DNA of 62,571 nucleotides, taken from positions 1 through 62,571 of the forward strand of contig DAOWEJ010000002.1 in the NCBI GenBank assembly GCA_030638575.1, in the 5' to 3' direction. The stretch comes from Deltaproteobacteria bacterium. GTDB taxonomy: Bacteria > Desulfobacterota > Desulfobacteria > Desulfobacterales > JAUWMJ01. Within the stretch, counting starts at the first letter, position 1. Every line of letters starts with the position of its first letter. The position numbers and the translations under genes are program-made. Below the pieces are notes generated by a model that was given only the letters and a program-made list of their open reading frames with translations, ran no database searches and was not told where the DNA came from. This document shows positions 16,816 to 26,041 of this stretch, piece by piece.

Positions 16816-19384
16816 TAAATTTTTATATGAAACATTAGACTCCGCCTCTGAATTGGGGTTCTTGAAAAAAGAAATCCCGGACTTTCTTAAAGACAATATC
16901 AATCATAAATTTGAATTGCGGCCGTATCAAAGCGAAGCCTTTTCCCGTTTTTTTTATTGTCTGGACAATGAGTTTCCAGGCAAAGACTGGCCGTTACATT
17001 TTCTGTTCAATATGGCAACAGGCAGCGGCAAAACATTGATTATGGCGGGGCTGATTCTCTACTTGTATGATAAGGGCTATCGTAATTTTCTCTTTTTTGT
17101 CAATTCCACAAATATCATCGAAAAAACCAGGGACAACTTTCTCAATCCTTTATCTTCTAAATTCTTGTTTACTGAAAACATTCGCTTCACAACTCGGCGG
17201 GTCAATGTAACCTCTGTTTCTAATTTTGAAGGTGTAAATGAGAATGACATCAATATCTGCTTCACCACTATTCAAAAGTTGCATTCAGATCTGACGACAC
17301 AAAAAGAAAACGCCATCACTTATGAGGACTTTAAGGATAAAAAAATTGTTCTCCTTGCTGATGAAGCGCACCATATCAATACCCGCACCAAAGCACAATT
17401 GGAGTTATTTGAAAGCTGGGAAAATACGGTAGAACGGATATTCAGGCAAGACGAGGATAATCTACTTTTAGAATTTACCGCTACGCTGGATTATACCCAT
17501 AAAAATATTGTTGAGAAATACCTGAATAAAGTCATTTACCGTTACGATCTGCGCCAATTCCGCAATGACGGTTATTCAAAAGATGTTTATATCGTTCAAG
17601 CGGATTTTGAAGAAAGAGACCGTATTCTTCAAGCTCTTATTTTAAGCCAGTATAAACAGGAAGTAGCAGCTAAACATCGGATTAACTTGAAGCCGGTCAT
17701 TTTATTCAAAGCGCAGAGAACTATTGCTCAATCACAGGAAAATAAAGCTAAATTTCATAATCTGATTGATTCTCTATCCGGTGATGACATTCAAAAAATT
17801 CGTAATAAGTCGGATATTCCTTTGGTGAAACGGGCATTTGCCTTTTTTGATGAAAATAAAATCACTGACAAACAACTGGCAAAAAGGCTGGGTAGTGAAT
17901 TTGATAAAAGCCGCTGTATTTCAGTTAACGAAGAAAAGGAAAAGGAAAACCAGCAAATTTTGCTTAATTCTCTTGAGGATAATGATAACAAAATAAGAGC
18001 GGTTTTCGCTGTGCAAAAATTGAATGAGGGATGGGATGTTCTAAATCTGTTTGATATTGTTCGTTGTTATACTACCCGTGATTCAAAAGGCGGAAAGCCA
18101 GGAAAAACCACTCTTTCAGAAGCGCAGCTTATTGGGCGTGGCGCACGGTATTTTCCCTTTATTACCCATAAGCATAATGATCGTTTTATCAGAAAATTTG
18201 ATAACGACCTGAATAACGAAATGCGGGTACTGGAAGAACTGCATTATCACAGTATTAACGATTCCCGCTATATTTCCGAGCTTCGTACCGCGTTGATTGA
18301 AGAAGGTATGATGGATGAACGGGAAATAGAGAAGGCGCTGAGTTTGAAGGAGTCCTTCAAAGAGACGGATTTTTATAAACACGCTCTAATCTATATCAAC
18401 GAGCGAGTGAAAAATAATTATGAATATGTTAAATCATTCTCTGATCTCGGCGTGAAAAAACAAAATTATGTTCATACGATTGCAAGCGGACGTGGTATTG
18501 CAGGAGCGCTACTCACTGGAAACGGTAATGTTGGAACCGTTGCCGAATCAGGCCGTAAGGATATAAAAGTTAAGGACATTCCCCGACATATTACCCATAA
18601 TGCAATTTCCAAAAATCCTTTTTACACTTTTCAATCTTTAAAGCATTATTTTCCTCATATTACATCAATACGGGAGTTTGTTAGTGCAGATGACTATTTA
18701 GGAGGACTTGAGGTTACTTTTCAGGGCGATTCAACGGAAATTTTCAGCTTATCAAACAAAGCACAACTTGATGCTTTGACAGGCTTGCTCTGTCAGATTG
18801 AATCGGAAGTCCGAAAAAATATTACAAAGTACAAAGGAACGGAAAATTTTAAACCGAATAATGTCTCTTCTATTTTTTATAATAAGGTATTGAAACTTCT
18901 TAAAGGCAGCGAAAGAGAAAATGGCGATGAGCAATTTGTATCTGGTAAAGGATGGTATGTTTTTAACGCGAATTATGGCACAAGCGAGGAAAAAGCATTT
19001 GTCAGGATGTTAGACCGCCAGATGGATACATTAAAAGAAAACTATGACGGAATATATCTTATTCGTAATGAAAGACACTTTAAAATTTACAGTTTCTTTG
19101 ATGGTCAGGCGTTCGAACCTGATTTTGTAATGTTTCTCCAAGGGAAAAACGGTAACATGCTTACTTATCAGATATTTATTGAGCCCAAAGGAAAACATCT
19201 GAAAGAGCATGACAAATGGAAACAGAGTTTTTTAAAAGAAATAACTGAAAAATTCAAAGGAAAAACATTAGATTTTAAAACTCAGCAGAAGACGCAAAAA
19301 TATAGAGTTGTAGGTGTGCCATTTTACAACAATGAAGATGAAAATCAATTCAAGCAAAGTTTGTATGAGGTAATAGAAAATTGA
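16808..19384 (+). CDS. res: Type III restriction enzyme Res subunit (SF2 helicase plus C-terminal PD-(D/E)xK nuclease)
   Basis: Walker A is MATGSGKT and the DEAH box is LLADEAHH. Helicase motif VI-like sequence is QLIGRGARY. The C-terminal segment FEPDFVMF...IFIEPKGKH fits PD...ExK. The GTG start with GGGGAGG upstream overlaps the mod stop by 8 nt. Confidence 0.85.
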   Translation: MADKFLYETLDSASELGFLKKEIPDFLKDNINHKFELRPYQSEAFSRFFYCLDNEFPGKDWPLHFLFNMATGSGKTLIMAGLILYLYDKGYRNFLFFVNSTNIIEKTRDNFLNPLSSKFLFTENIRFTTRRVNVTSVSNFEGVNENDINICFTTIQKLHSDLTTQKENAITYEDFKDKKIVLLADEAHHINTRTKAQLELFESWENTVERIFRQDEDNLLLEFTATLDYTHKNIVEKYLNKVIYRYDLRQFRNDGYSKDVYIVQADFEERDRILQALILSQYKQEVAAKHRINLKPVILFKAQRTIAQSQENKAKFHNLIDSLSGDDIQKIRNKSDIPLVKRAFAFFDENKITDKQLAKRLGSEFDKSRCISVNEEKEKENQQILLNSLEDNDNKIRAVFAVQKLNEGWDVLNLFDIVRCYTTRDSKGGKPGKTTLSEAQLIGRGARYFPFITHKHNDRFIRKFDNDLNNEMRVLEELHYHSINDSRYISELRTALIEEGMMDEREIEKALSLKESFKETDFYKHALIYINERVKNNYEYVKSFSDLGVKKQNYVHTIASGRGIAGALLTGNGNVGTVAESGRKDIKVKDIPRHITHNAISKNPFYTFQSLKHYFPHITSIREFVSADDYLGGLEVTFQGDSTEIFSLSNKAQLDALTGLLCQIESEVRKNITKYKGTENFKPNNVSSIFYNKVLKLLKGSERENGDEQFVSGKGWYVFNANYGTSEEKAFVRMLDRQMDTLKENYDGIYLIRNERHFKIYSFFDGQAFEPDFVMFLQGKNGNMLTYQIFIEPKGKHLKEHDKWKQSFLKEITEKFKGKTLDFKTQQKTQKYRVVGVPFYNNEDENQFKQSLYEVIEN

Positions 19385-19475
19385 AGACCTCTTGACTCAT
19401 GGAGAGAAATGATAATGAAAAAAGATGAGATCAGACCTTGAGCCGGTTCAAGGAGATGAATAAGGAGAGTAAACC

Positions 19476-20582
19476 ATGGACAGCAAAGTATATTTTATCG
19501 ATTTAAGGGCAACATTCAAGGAGAACCTTATCAAAAAGCTGGGAAGGCTGATGGATACGGCAGGGCTTTCCGATTGTATTAAAGAAAGAGATCTTGTTGC
19601 TGTAAAGCTTCACTTTGGAGAAATGGGAAATACCGCTTTTATTCGTCCGGTATTTTTGCAAAAGATCGTTAAGACCATCAAGAATGTTGGCGGCGCTCCT
19701 TTTTTAACAGATGCCAACACCCTGTACTCAGGCACACGAAGCGATTCTCCCCATCATCTTACAACAGCCACTAAAAACGGTTTTGCATATTCCGTTGTTC
19801 AGGCGCCTGTTATCATCGCAGATGGATTAAGGGGCAAAAGCGAAACGGTTGTGAAAATCGACCAGAAAAATTTTAAAAAAGTATATATAGGTTCAGAGAT
19901 ATTCGAGGCGGATGCTTTAATATCGGTTGCTCATTTTAAAGGGCATGAACTTACCGGTTTTGGAGGAACTATTAAAAATTTAGGTATGGGCTGCGCTTCT
20001 CGAAAGGGAAAGCTTGCCCAGCATTCAACCGTGTCTCCAAAAATTGTTAGAAAAAAATGTGTCGGGTGCGGTGATTGTGTTGATCACTGTTCTCAAAACG
20101 CCATTTCTTTGGTTGAAGAAAAGGCGGTTATCGACACAAAAAAGTGTATAGGCTGTGGGGAATGTATCCTGATTTGCTCAAATGAGGCTGTGCAGATACA
20201 GTGGAATCAATCGATACCGGTTTTTCTCGAGAAAATGGTGGAATATACAATGGGTGTTCTAAAGGGCAAGGAAGGAAAGACGCTGTTTGTGAATTTCATT
20301 ACCGATGTTTCACCTGCGTGTGACTGTTATCCCTATAATGATGCACCTATTGTAAAGGATATCGGCATACTTGCGTCAACAGATCCTGTAGCCATTGACC
20401 AGGCATCCGTAGATCTTGTGAACAGGGAGCCTGCTCTTTTGGGAACATGTCTTAAGAAAAATACAGGGCCTGATGAGGATAAATTCAAAGGGATCTATCC
20501 AAAGGTGGACTGGGAAATTCAGCTCGACTACGCTCAAAGCCTTGGGTTGGGAAGCCGCAAGTATAAGCTTGAAAAGATATGA
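19476..20582 (+). CDS. DUF362 domain protein with 2x[4Fe-4S] ferredoxin insert
   Basis: The N-terminal pattern VAVKLHFGEMGNTAFIRP...FLTDANTLY is typical of DUF362. Two CxxCxxCxxxC clusters are present (CVGCGDCVDHC, CIGCGECILIC). AAGGAG lies upstream. Confidence 0.75.
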   Translation: MDSKVYFIDLRATFKENLIKKLGRLMDTAGLSDCIKERDLVAVKLHFGEMGNTAFIRPVFLQKIVKTIKNVGGAPFLTDANTLYSGTRSDSPHHLTTATKNGFAYSVVQAPVIIADGLRGKSETVVKIDQKNFKKVYIGSEIFEADALISVAHFKGHELTGFGGTIKNLGMGCASRKGKLAQHSTVSPKIVRKKCVGCGDCVDHCSQNAISLVEEKAVIDTKKCIGCGECILICSNEAVQIQWNQSIPVFLEKMVEYTMGVLKGKEGKTLFVNFITDVSPACDCYPYNDAPIVKDIGILASTDPVAIDQASVDLVNREPALLGTCLKKNTGPDEDKFKGIYPKVDWEIQLDYAQSLGLGSRKYKLEKI

Positions 20583-20768
20583 ATGAGTACTTTATTTGTA
20601 ACTACTCAGGTGGATAGGCTGAAGGCTGAAGACTGTTAGGAAAAAGCGCATTTTGAAGCTATGTTTGGTGCAAGAATCACATTCCGCCAAAGTACGACAA
20701 TCGTGCTCTTATGACCCCTTCAGCCTTCAGTCTAAACAGCTTCAGCCTGACTATGTGAGTAGTTACCT

Positions 20769-21683
20769 TTATTTTAACGCAAACTTTCCCTGCCATGAGT
20801 CCCTTTTTTCCAGAGTTTCTTTAATAAGGGAAAGTGTTTGAGTTTTTTTGATAGACCACTGGGGCGCAACGAGTTCTTCAGGGTGGGGGTCGCCGGTAAG
20901 ACGCTGAATTACCATATCCTTTGGAATCCGTTCCAGAAAATCGCAGACAAGATCTACATATTCCTGTTGTCCGAGACATTTGTATGCGCTTTGCTGATAC
21001 AGCTCTTCAAGTTTCGTTCCTTTAACAACATATAGAAGATGAATCTTGATTCCATCGAGTCCTATTTTTGCAATAGCCTCTGCCGTTTCAAGCATATGAC
21101 TTCTTTCCTCACCAGGAAGTCCGAGTATGACATGGGCGCATATCTTAATACCTCTGTTTAAAGTCGCATCAACCGCATCTATAAAGCATTGAAAGTCATG
21201 GCCCCGGTTTATCAAAACGAGGGATTTGTCGTGGGCGGATTGGAGGCCGTATTCTATCCAGATCAGATGATTCTTTGCATAACCTTCTAAGAGATTTAAG
21301 GTCTGTTCATCAACACAATCGGGCCGTGTTCCGATGGAAAGACCTACTATATCGTCAATTGAAAGGGCTTCTTCATAAAGCTTTTTAAGGATATCCACGG
21401 GCGCATAGGTATTTGAGAATGATTGAAAATAGGCTATAAATTTTTTAGCCTTATATCGCCTTGATAACGCTTTTTTCCCTGCAAGGATCTGGTCTGTAAC
21501 AGAATACCCATTAGCGTGTGCTCCGGTTCCTGAGCCGCGCGGGTTACAGTAAATGCATCCGCCTGTTGAAATACTGCCATCCCTGTTGGGGCAGGAAAGA
21601 CCGGCATCAATGGTTATTTTTTGGACCCTGCATCCGAAAATACTTCTAAGATAGGTATTTAAATCGTTGTATCTTTTATTCAT
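20769..21683 (-). CDS. TIGR01212-family radical SAM protein
   Basis: LSCPNRDGSISTGGCIYCN is the atypical radical-SAM cluster motif of the YhcC/TIGR01212 family. Start placed at the internal Met (MNKRYNDLNTYL...). The track ORF extends to 21737. Confidence 0.75.
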   Translation of the reverse strand: MNKRYNDLNTYLRSIFGCRVQKITIDAGLSCPNRDGSISTGGCIYCNPRGSGTGAHANGYSVTDQILAGKKALSRRYKAKKFIAYFQSFSNTYAPVDILKKLYEEALSIDDIVGLSIGTRPDCVDEQTLNLLEGYAKNHLIWIEYGLQSAHDKSLVLINRGHDFQCFIDAVDATLNRGIKICAHVILGLPGEERSHMLETAEAIAKIGLDGIKIHLLYVVKGTKLEELYQQSAYKCLGQQEYVDLVCDFLERIPKDMVIQRLTGDPHPEELVAPQWSIKKTQTLSLIKETLEKRDSWQGKFALK

Positions 21684-21768
21684 TTCAGTTATCCTAACTT
21701 GACCTGCTGACGAGTCGATTATATAATTTTTAACCACAAAGAGATAAAGAACTCAAGGGGTAACTGCT

Positions 21769-21860
21769 TAGGTTCACAGTTTGAGGGTTCACAGTTCAAG
21801 GTTGAAGAGAGATGAAGAGCGCAAAGCGACCAACCGTGAACCCTGAACCCTGAACCTGAG
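21769..21860. repeat. hairpin repeat built from GGTTCA(C/G)(A/G)G words (family G)
   Basis: ggttcacagtttgagggttcacagttcaagg...cgtgaaccctgaaccctgaacctgag. A relative at 50595-50632 reads ctgaggttcaggggttcacggttcagcggttcagggtt. Confidence 0.6.
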
Positions 21861-21891
21861 TACGATTTAAGGATTATCGAAGAAACCGGAA

Positions 21892-23763
21892 ATGATTTTT
21901 TATCAGAAAAAATACGACATCATTGTGGTCGGCGCAGGGCATGCCGGATGTGAAGCTGCCCTTGCATCTGCCAGAATGGGATGCAACGTTCTTCTTATGG
22001 CCATAGACCTGGATAAGGTAGCAGCGATGCCGTGCAGCCCTTCAATTGGCGGGATGGCAAAGGGACAGCTTGTTAAAGAGGTAGATGCTTTAGGCGGTGA
22101 GATGGCCAGGATTACGGATAAGTCGGCCATTCAATACAGAACGCTAAATACAAAAAAGGGTCCCGCGGTCCATTCAACAAGAACGCAGAACGACAAGATA
22201 CGCTACCATGTGGCCATGAAAGCTGTTATTGAAAAACAGGCAAATCTCGATCTAAAGCAGGCTATGGTTGAGCGGCTTGTTGTGGAAGATGGGAGAATCA
22301 TCGGGATAGAGGATGCAACAGGGTTCGGATACCAGGCCGGGTCTGTTATTCTGGCTACAGGAACTTTTTTAAGCGGCCTTATACATATCGGTTTTAAATC
22401 TATTAAGGCCGGAAGAGCCGGAGAGTTTGCTTCTTATGGTCTTCCTGCTCATCTAAGGGAATTGGGATTTGAACTGGGAAGGATGAAAACCGGGACACCA
22501 CCCAGGCTGAGAAGATCGAGTATCGATTTCACAAAATTTGCAAAGCAGGAAGCTAAACAGGATCCAATGCCGTTTTCATTCTTTACCGAAAAAATTACCA
22601 TGCCTCAGATACCAAGCTATATAGGATATACCAGCCTGGCAGGTCACCAGATAGTCAGAAAGAATCTTAAACGCTCTGCTCTTTATGGCGGAGTTATAAA
22701 AGGAGTTTCTGCCAGGTATTGTCCCTCTTTTGAAGATAAAATCGTAAGGTTTCCGGATAAAGACAGACACCAGGTTATCCTCGAGCCGGAAGGACTCGAT
22801 ACGGAGGAAATCTATTCCAGCGGTCTTGGAAACAGCCTTCCAATGGAGATCCAGATTCAGTTTGTCCGCTCTGTTGAAGGGCTGGAGGAGGCTGAGATAA
22901 TGCGGCCCGCATATGCTATAGAATATGATTATGTTAACCCTTTACAGCTTAAACCAACACTTGAGACAAAACCGATTTCAGGGCTCTTTATGGCCGGACA
23001 GATCAACGGCACTTCCGGCTATGAAGAGGCGGCCGCACAGGGAATGTGGGCAGGCATCAATGCAGCATGTAAAATTCAGAGTAGGCCCCCTTTCATTTTG
23101 GACAGATCGCAGGCATACATGGGTGTAATGATAGACGACCTTGTTACAAGAGGTACGCGTGAGCCATACAGGATGTTTACTTCAAGGGCGGAGTACAGGC
23201 TTATGCTGCGGGAAGATAATGCGGATCTGCGGTTGATGGAAATAGGCCACAATTTAGGCTTAATCGACAATGACACAATAAAAGACGTAAAGGAAAGGAA
23301 AAGGCATATTGATGGAGAGATAAAGAGGGTTAGAGGGACTATTATAAAACCGGTAAAGAGAGTTAATGATTATCTGAAAAGTCGCGGAACTAATCCCATC
23401 AGCAGCGGGACACCTCTTGATCAGCTTGTTAAAAGGGCTGAACTGGATTACGACGCTGTCGAAACTCTTGCCAAAAGCTCTGACAAAATCAGTCCTAAAG
23501 TAGTGCGCCAGGTAGAGATAGAAATCAAATATGAAGGGTATATTAAGCGGCAGATCAAAGAAATCGAAAAGTTCAAAGATCTTGAAAAGATGAAAATACC
23601 GGAAGATTTTAATTTTAGCGTGGTACATGGCCTTTCGAATGAATTGAAGGAAAAACTGACGGAAGTGAGGCCGTCCTCCCTGGGCCAGGTATCCCGCATA
23701 GACGGAATCACGCCGGCTGCGATATCAGCTCTTATGATCACCATTAGAGCCTTCCACGCCTGA
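21892..23763 (+). CDS. mnmG: tRNA uridine-5-carboxymethylaminomethyl(34) synthesis enzyme MnmG (GidA)
   Basis: FAD-binding [16 protein letters not shown], full-length GidA pattern, and the C-terminal [11 protein letters not shown] motif. Confidence 0.95.
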   Translation: MIFYQKKYDIIVVGAGHAGCEAALASARMGCNVLLMAIDLDKVAAMPCSPSIGGMAKGQLVKEVDALGGEMARITDKSAIQYRTLNTKKGPAVHSTRTQNDKIRYHVAMKAVIEKQANLDLKQAMVERLVVEDGRIIGIEDATGFGYQAGSVILATGTFLSGLIHIGFKSIKAGRAGEFASYGLPAHLRELGFELGRMKTGTPPRLRRSSIDFTKFAKQEAKQDPMPFSFFTEKITMPQIPSYIGYTSLAGHQIVRKNLKRSALYGGVIKGVSARYCPSFEDKIVRFPDKDRHQVILEPEGLDTEEIYSSGLGNSLPMEIQIQFVRSVEGLEEAEIMRPAYAIEYDYVNPLQLKPTLETKPISGLFMAGQINGTSGYEEAAAQGMWAGINAACKIQSRPPFILDRSQAYMGVMIDDLVTRGTREPYRMFTSRAEYRLMLREDNADLRLMEIGHNLGLIDNDTIKDVKERKRHIDGEIKRVRGTIIKPVKRVNDYLKSRGTNPISSGTPLDQLVKRAELDYDAVETLAKSSDKISPKVVRQVEIEIKYEGYIKRQIKEIEKFKDLEKMKIPEDFNFSVVHGLSNELKEKLTEVRPSSLGQVSRIDGITPAAISALMITIRAFHA

Positions 23764-23822
23764 GGCGTGGGAAGTACGATGCTTTTATCATTGAAATATT
23801 CGTATTTCGTGCTTCTAATTTT
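23757..23822. repeat. repeat family D partial copy D3
   Basis: gcctgaggcgtgggaagtacgatgcttttatcattgaaatattcgtatttcgtgcttc matches the right half of D1/D2. The perfect hairpin ccacgcc-tga-ggcgtgg spans the mnmG stop codon. Confidence 0.6.
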
Positions 23823-23960
23823 TACTTAATTGAGGTATTCATTCAATATTTACAGAAAACTGCCGATATTATTATAATAAACTCTCAATATCCTTGACAC
23901 TCGTGGACTTTAAACTTATTTTCTGTTTACATTTGGATAAGCTAAAACTGAAAAATTTTT

Positions 23961-24191
23961 GTAGCCGCTCACGGCTTGAAACTTGAAATTAGAAAGTAGA
24001 AATTCGGGAGATTTTAAGAAACCAAATCATTGTTGCGAAAACTTATCAGAAAAAAAGTTTTATCTGAGCCAAACGCGACAGAATACAAAGCAACAATTGA
24101 AAAACTTGGCCCGAAATTGAATGCGGGCATCAATAGTACAAAAGCATGAAGGCCAAATTTCCAATTTCCAATTTCAACGTTCCGAGAACGC
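23961..24191. repeat. repeat family J copy J2, arms split by a ~138-bp insert
   Basis: Positions 23961-24011 match the reverse complement of the J1 right arm. Positions 24149-24191 match the reverse complement of the J1 left arm. Confidence 0.65.
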
Positions 24192-24229
24192 AAACATACT
24201 ATTCTACCGCGGGTTTTCACGGAGAATAC

Positions 24230-24405
24230 ACAGGAGCCAATTTCAAAACGTCCCCTTTTGTCCGATATCTGCGTCAGGCTCAAATTTTAATCCTCGATCC
24301 GCCTCAGGCGGACCTGTGGTTAAAATTTTCGCCTTCCTTGATCCTGAACAGATAAGCGCAGACTTCGAAATTGAACATTTTGAAACTGCCTCAAAGAATA
24401 ATGAA
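24230..24405. repeat. repeat family A copy A4 (divergent, internally rearranged)
   Basis: Most of the element is in inverted orientation, but the cagataagcgcagacttcgaaa core is in forward orientation at the other end. Confidence 0.6.
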
Positions 24406-24459
24406 TATCTGTGGCACTCCATGTTTTTCCGTGGTAAACTTTTAAATGAGGAAATATAA

Positions 24460-25371
24460 ATGTCTGGAACAGATTATTATAAGACCCTTGGTGTAAGCAA
24501 AACTGCTAAGGATGATGAGATCAAGAAGGCTTACAGGAAGCTCGCAATGAAATATCATCCCGATCACACAAAGGGGGATAAAAGCGCTGAAGAGAAGTTT
24601 AAAAAAATAAGTGAAGCGTATGCTGTTCTTAGTGATAAAGAAAAACGCAAACAGTATGATACATTCGGTTCTGATGGTTTTCACCAGCGATTTTCTCAGG
24701 AAGATATTTTCAGGGGGTCTGATTTTGGTGATATCCTAAGGGAATTTGGATTTGGCGGGGCGAACTCGTTTATGGGGAGGGGGGGCGGCACGCGATTTTC
24801 GTTTGGTGGATCCCCATTCGGTTCTCATCCAGGCCGGCAAGCGCAGATAAAGGGATCTGACCTTGTATATGAACTTCCATTGACATTACAGGAGGTAACA
24901 AAAGGGGCAAGCAAAGTTGTTAGCTTTGACCATAAGGGACGTTCCGAGAAGATAACGGTAAAGATTCCAAAAGGTATGATTACAGGCAAAAAGCTGCGTC
25001 TTGCCGGAAAAGGTGAACCGAGTCCTTATGGTGGCCTGCCGGGGGATTTGTATATTCAGTCCAAAGTACTTAATGATCCCCAATATGATGTAAAAGAATA
25101 TGATCTTTATTTAAATCGGGACATCAGGTTAACCGAGGCGATTCTTGGGGAAAGCATATCTGTTCCAACACTTGACGGCAAAGAGCTGAGCCTTAAAATA
25201 CCTCCGGGTACAAGGCATGGAACAAAAATGCGCCTTTCCGGTCATGGACTCCCCGTTATGAAGGGAAGAAAAAAGGGAGATCTCTATGTGCATATCCATG
25301 TTGTTATGCCAAAGCGTCTAAACAAGGAACAAAAAAAGCTGATTGAAAAATTAGCCCAGACAGGGCTGTAA
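24460..25371 (+). CDS. J-domain co-chaperone lacking a zinc finger (CbpA-like DnaJ-family protein)
   Basis: J domain with HPD (YYKTLGV...[10 protein letters not shown]), a G/F-rich linker, and DnaJ C-terminal beta domains. No CxxCxGxG repeats. Confidence 0.8.
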   Translation: MSGTDYYKTLGVSKTAKDDEIKKAYRKLAMKYHPDHTKGDKSAEEKFKKISEAYAVLSDKEKRKQYDTFGSDGFHQRFSQEDIFRGSDFGDILREFGFGGANSFMGRGGGTRFSFGGSPFGSHPGRQAQIKGSDLVYELPLTLQEVTKGASKVVSFDHKGRSEKITVKIPKGMITGKKLRLAGKGEPSPYGGLPGDLYIQSKVLNDPQYDVKEYDLYLNRDIRLTEAILGESISVPTLDGKELSLKIPPGTRHGTKMRLSGHGLPVMKGRKKGDLYVHIHVVMPKRLNKEQKKLIEKLAQTGL

Positions 25372-25507
25372 AATGCTAAATATATTGACAAGAAGGCCTA
25401 TTCTGTGTAATCATTATAGATATTTGGAATTCTGTCAGCAAGATTTGCCTATATTCCATAGAAAAAAAGTTTCTATATGATAATTTTGGTTCGTTACTTT
25501 TTCGATT

Positions 25508-26026
25508 ATGCCTGACTTTATACCCGTCCTGAAAAAAGATGATATTGATAAAATGGTGGCTGCAGTTGCACGCCGGATTTCATCTGACTATCAAGATCGA
25601 GAACTTATTCTTATAGGCGTCTTAAAAGGTTCTTTTATCTTCCTTTCAGATCTCATTCGAAAGCTGTCTATTCCGGTAAAGGTTGATTTCGTAGGAGTTT
25701 CCAGCTACGGCTCAGGAACCGCCTCGTCAGGAAAAATCCAAATAACGAAAAAGCTGGAAATTGATATAAAAAAAAAAGATGTACTGGTGGTAGAAGACAT
25801 CGTTGATTCAGGATTAACTCTAACTTGGCTTATTGATTACCTGATGTCGTTTAAGCCGAAGACTATCAAGGTTTGCACACTACTTGACAAAATAGAACGC
25901 AGAGAAAAAAAGCTAATACTTGATTACGTGTGCCATGTTGTCAATGAAGGGTTCCTTGTAGGCTACGGGCTTGATTATTCGGAAGATTATAGAAATCTGC
26001 CGGAAGTTTACCACCTGAAATTATAA
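25508..26026 (+). CDS. hpt: hypoxanthine phosphoribosyltransferase
   Basis: PRPP-binding loop VLVVEDIVDSGLTL. Size and layout are typical of Hpt. Confidence 0.9.
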   Translation: MPDFIPVLKKDDIDKMVAAVARRISSDYQDRELILIGVLKGSFIFLSDLIRKLSIPVKVDFVGVSSYGSGTASSGKIQITKKLEIDIKKKDVLVVEDIVDSGLTLTWLIDYLMSFKPKTIKVCTLLDKIERREKKLILDYVCHVVNEGFLVGYGLDYSEDYRNLPEVYHLKL

Positions 26027-26041
26027 CCAGCGGGGTTTACC

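Noticed and set aside
23751-23770. Perfect hairpin ccacgcc-tga-ggcgtgg at the mnmG stop as an intrinsic terminator
   Set aside because: No U-tract follows. The sequence is part of a family D repeat fragment, so it is reported as a repeat rather than a terminator.
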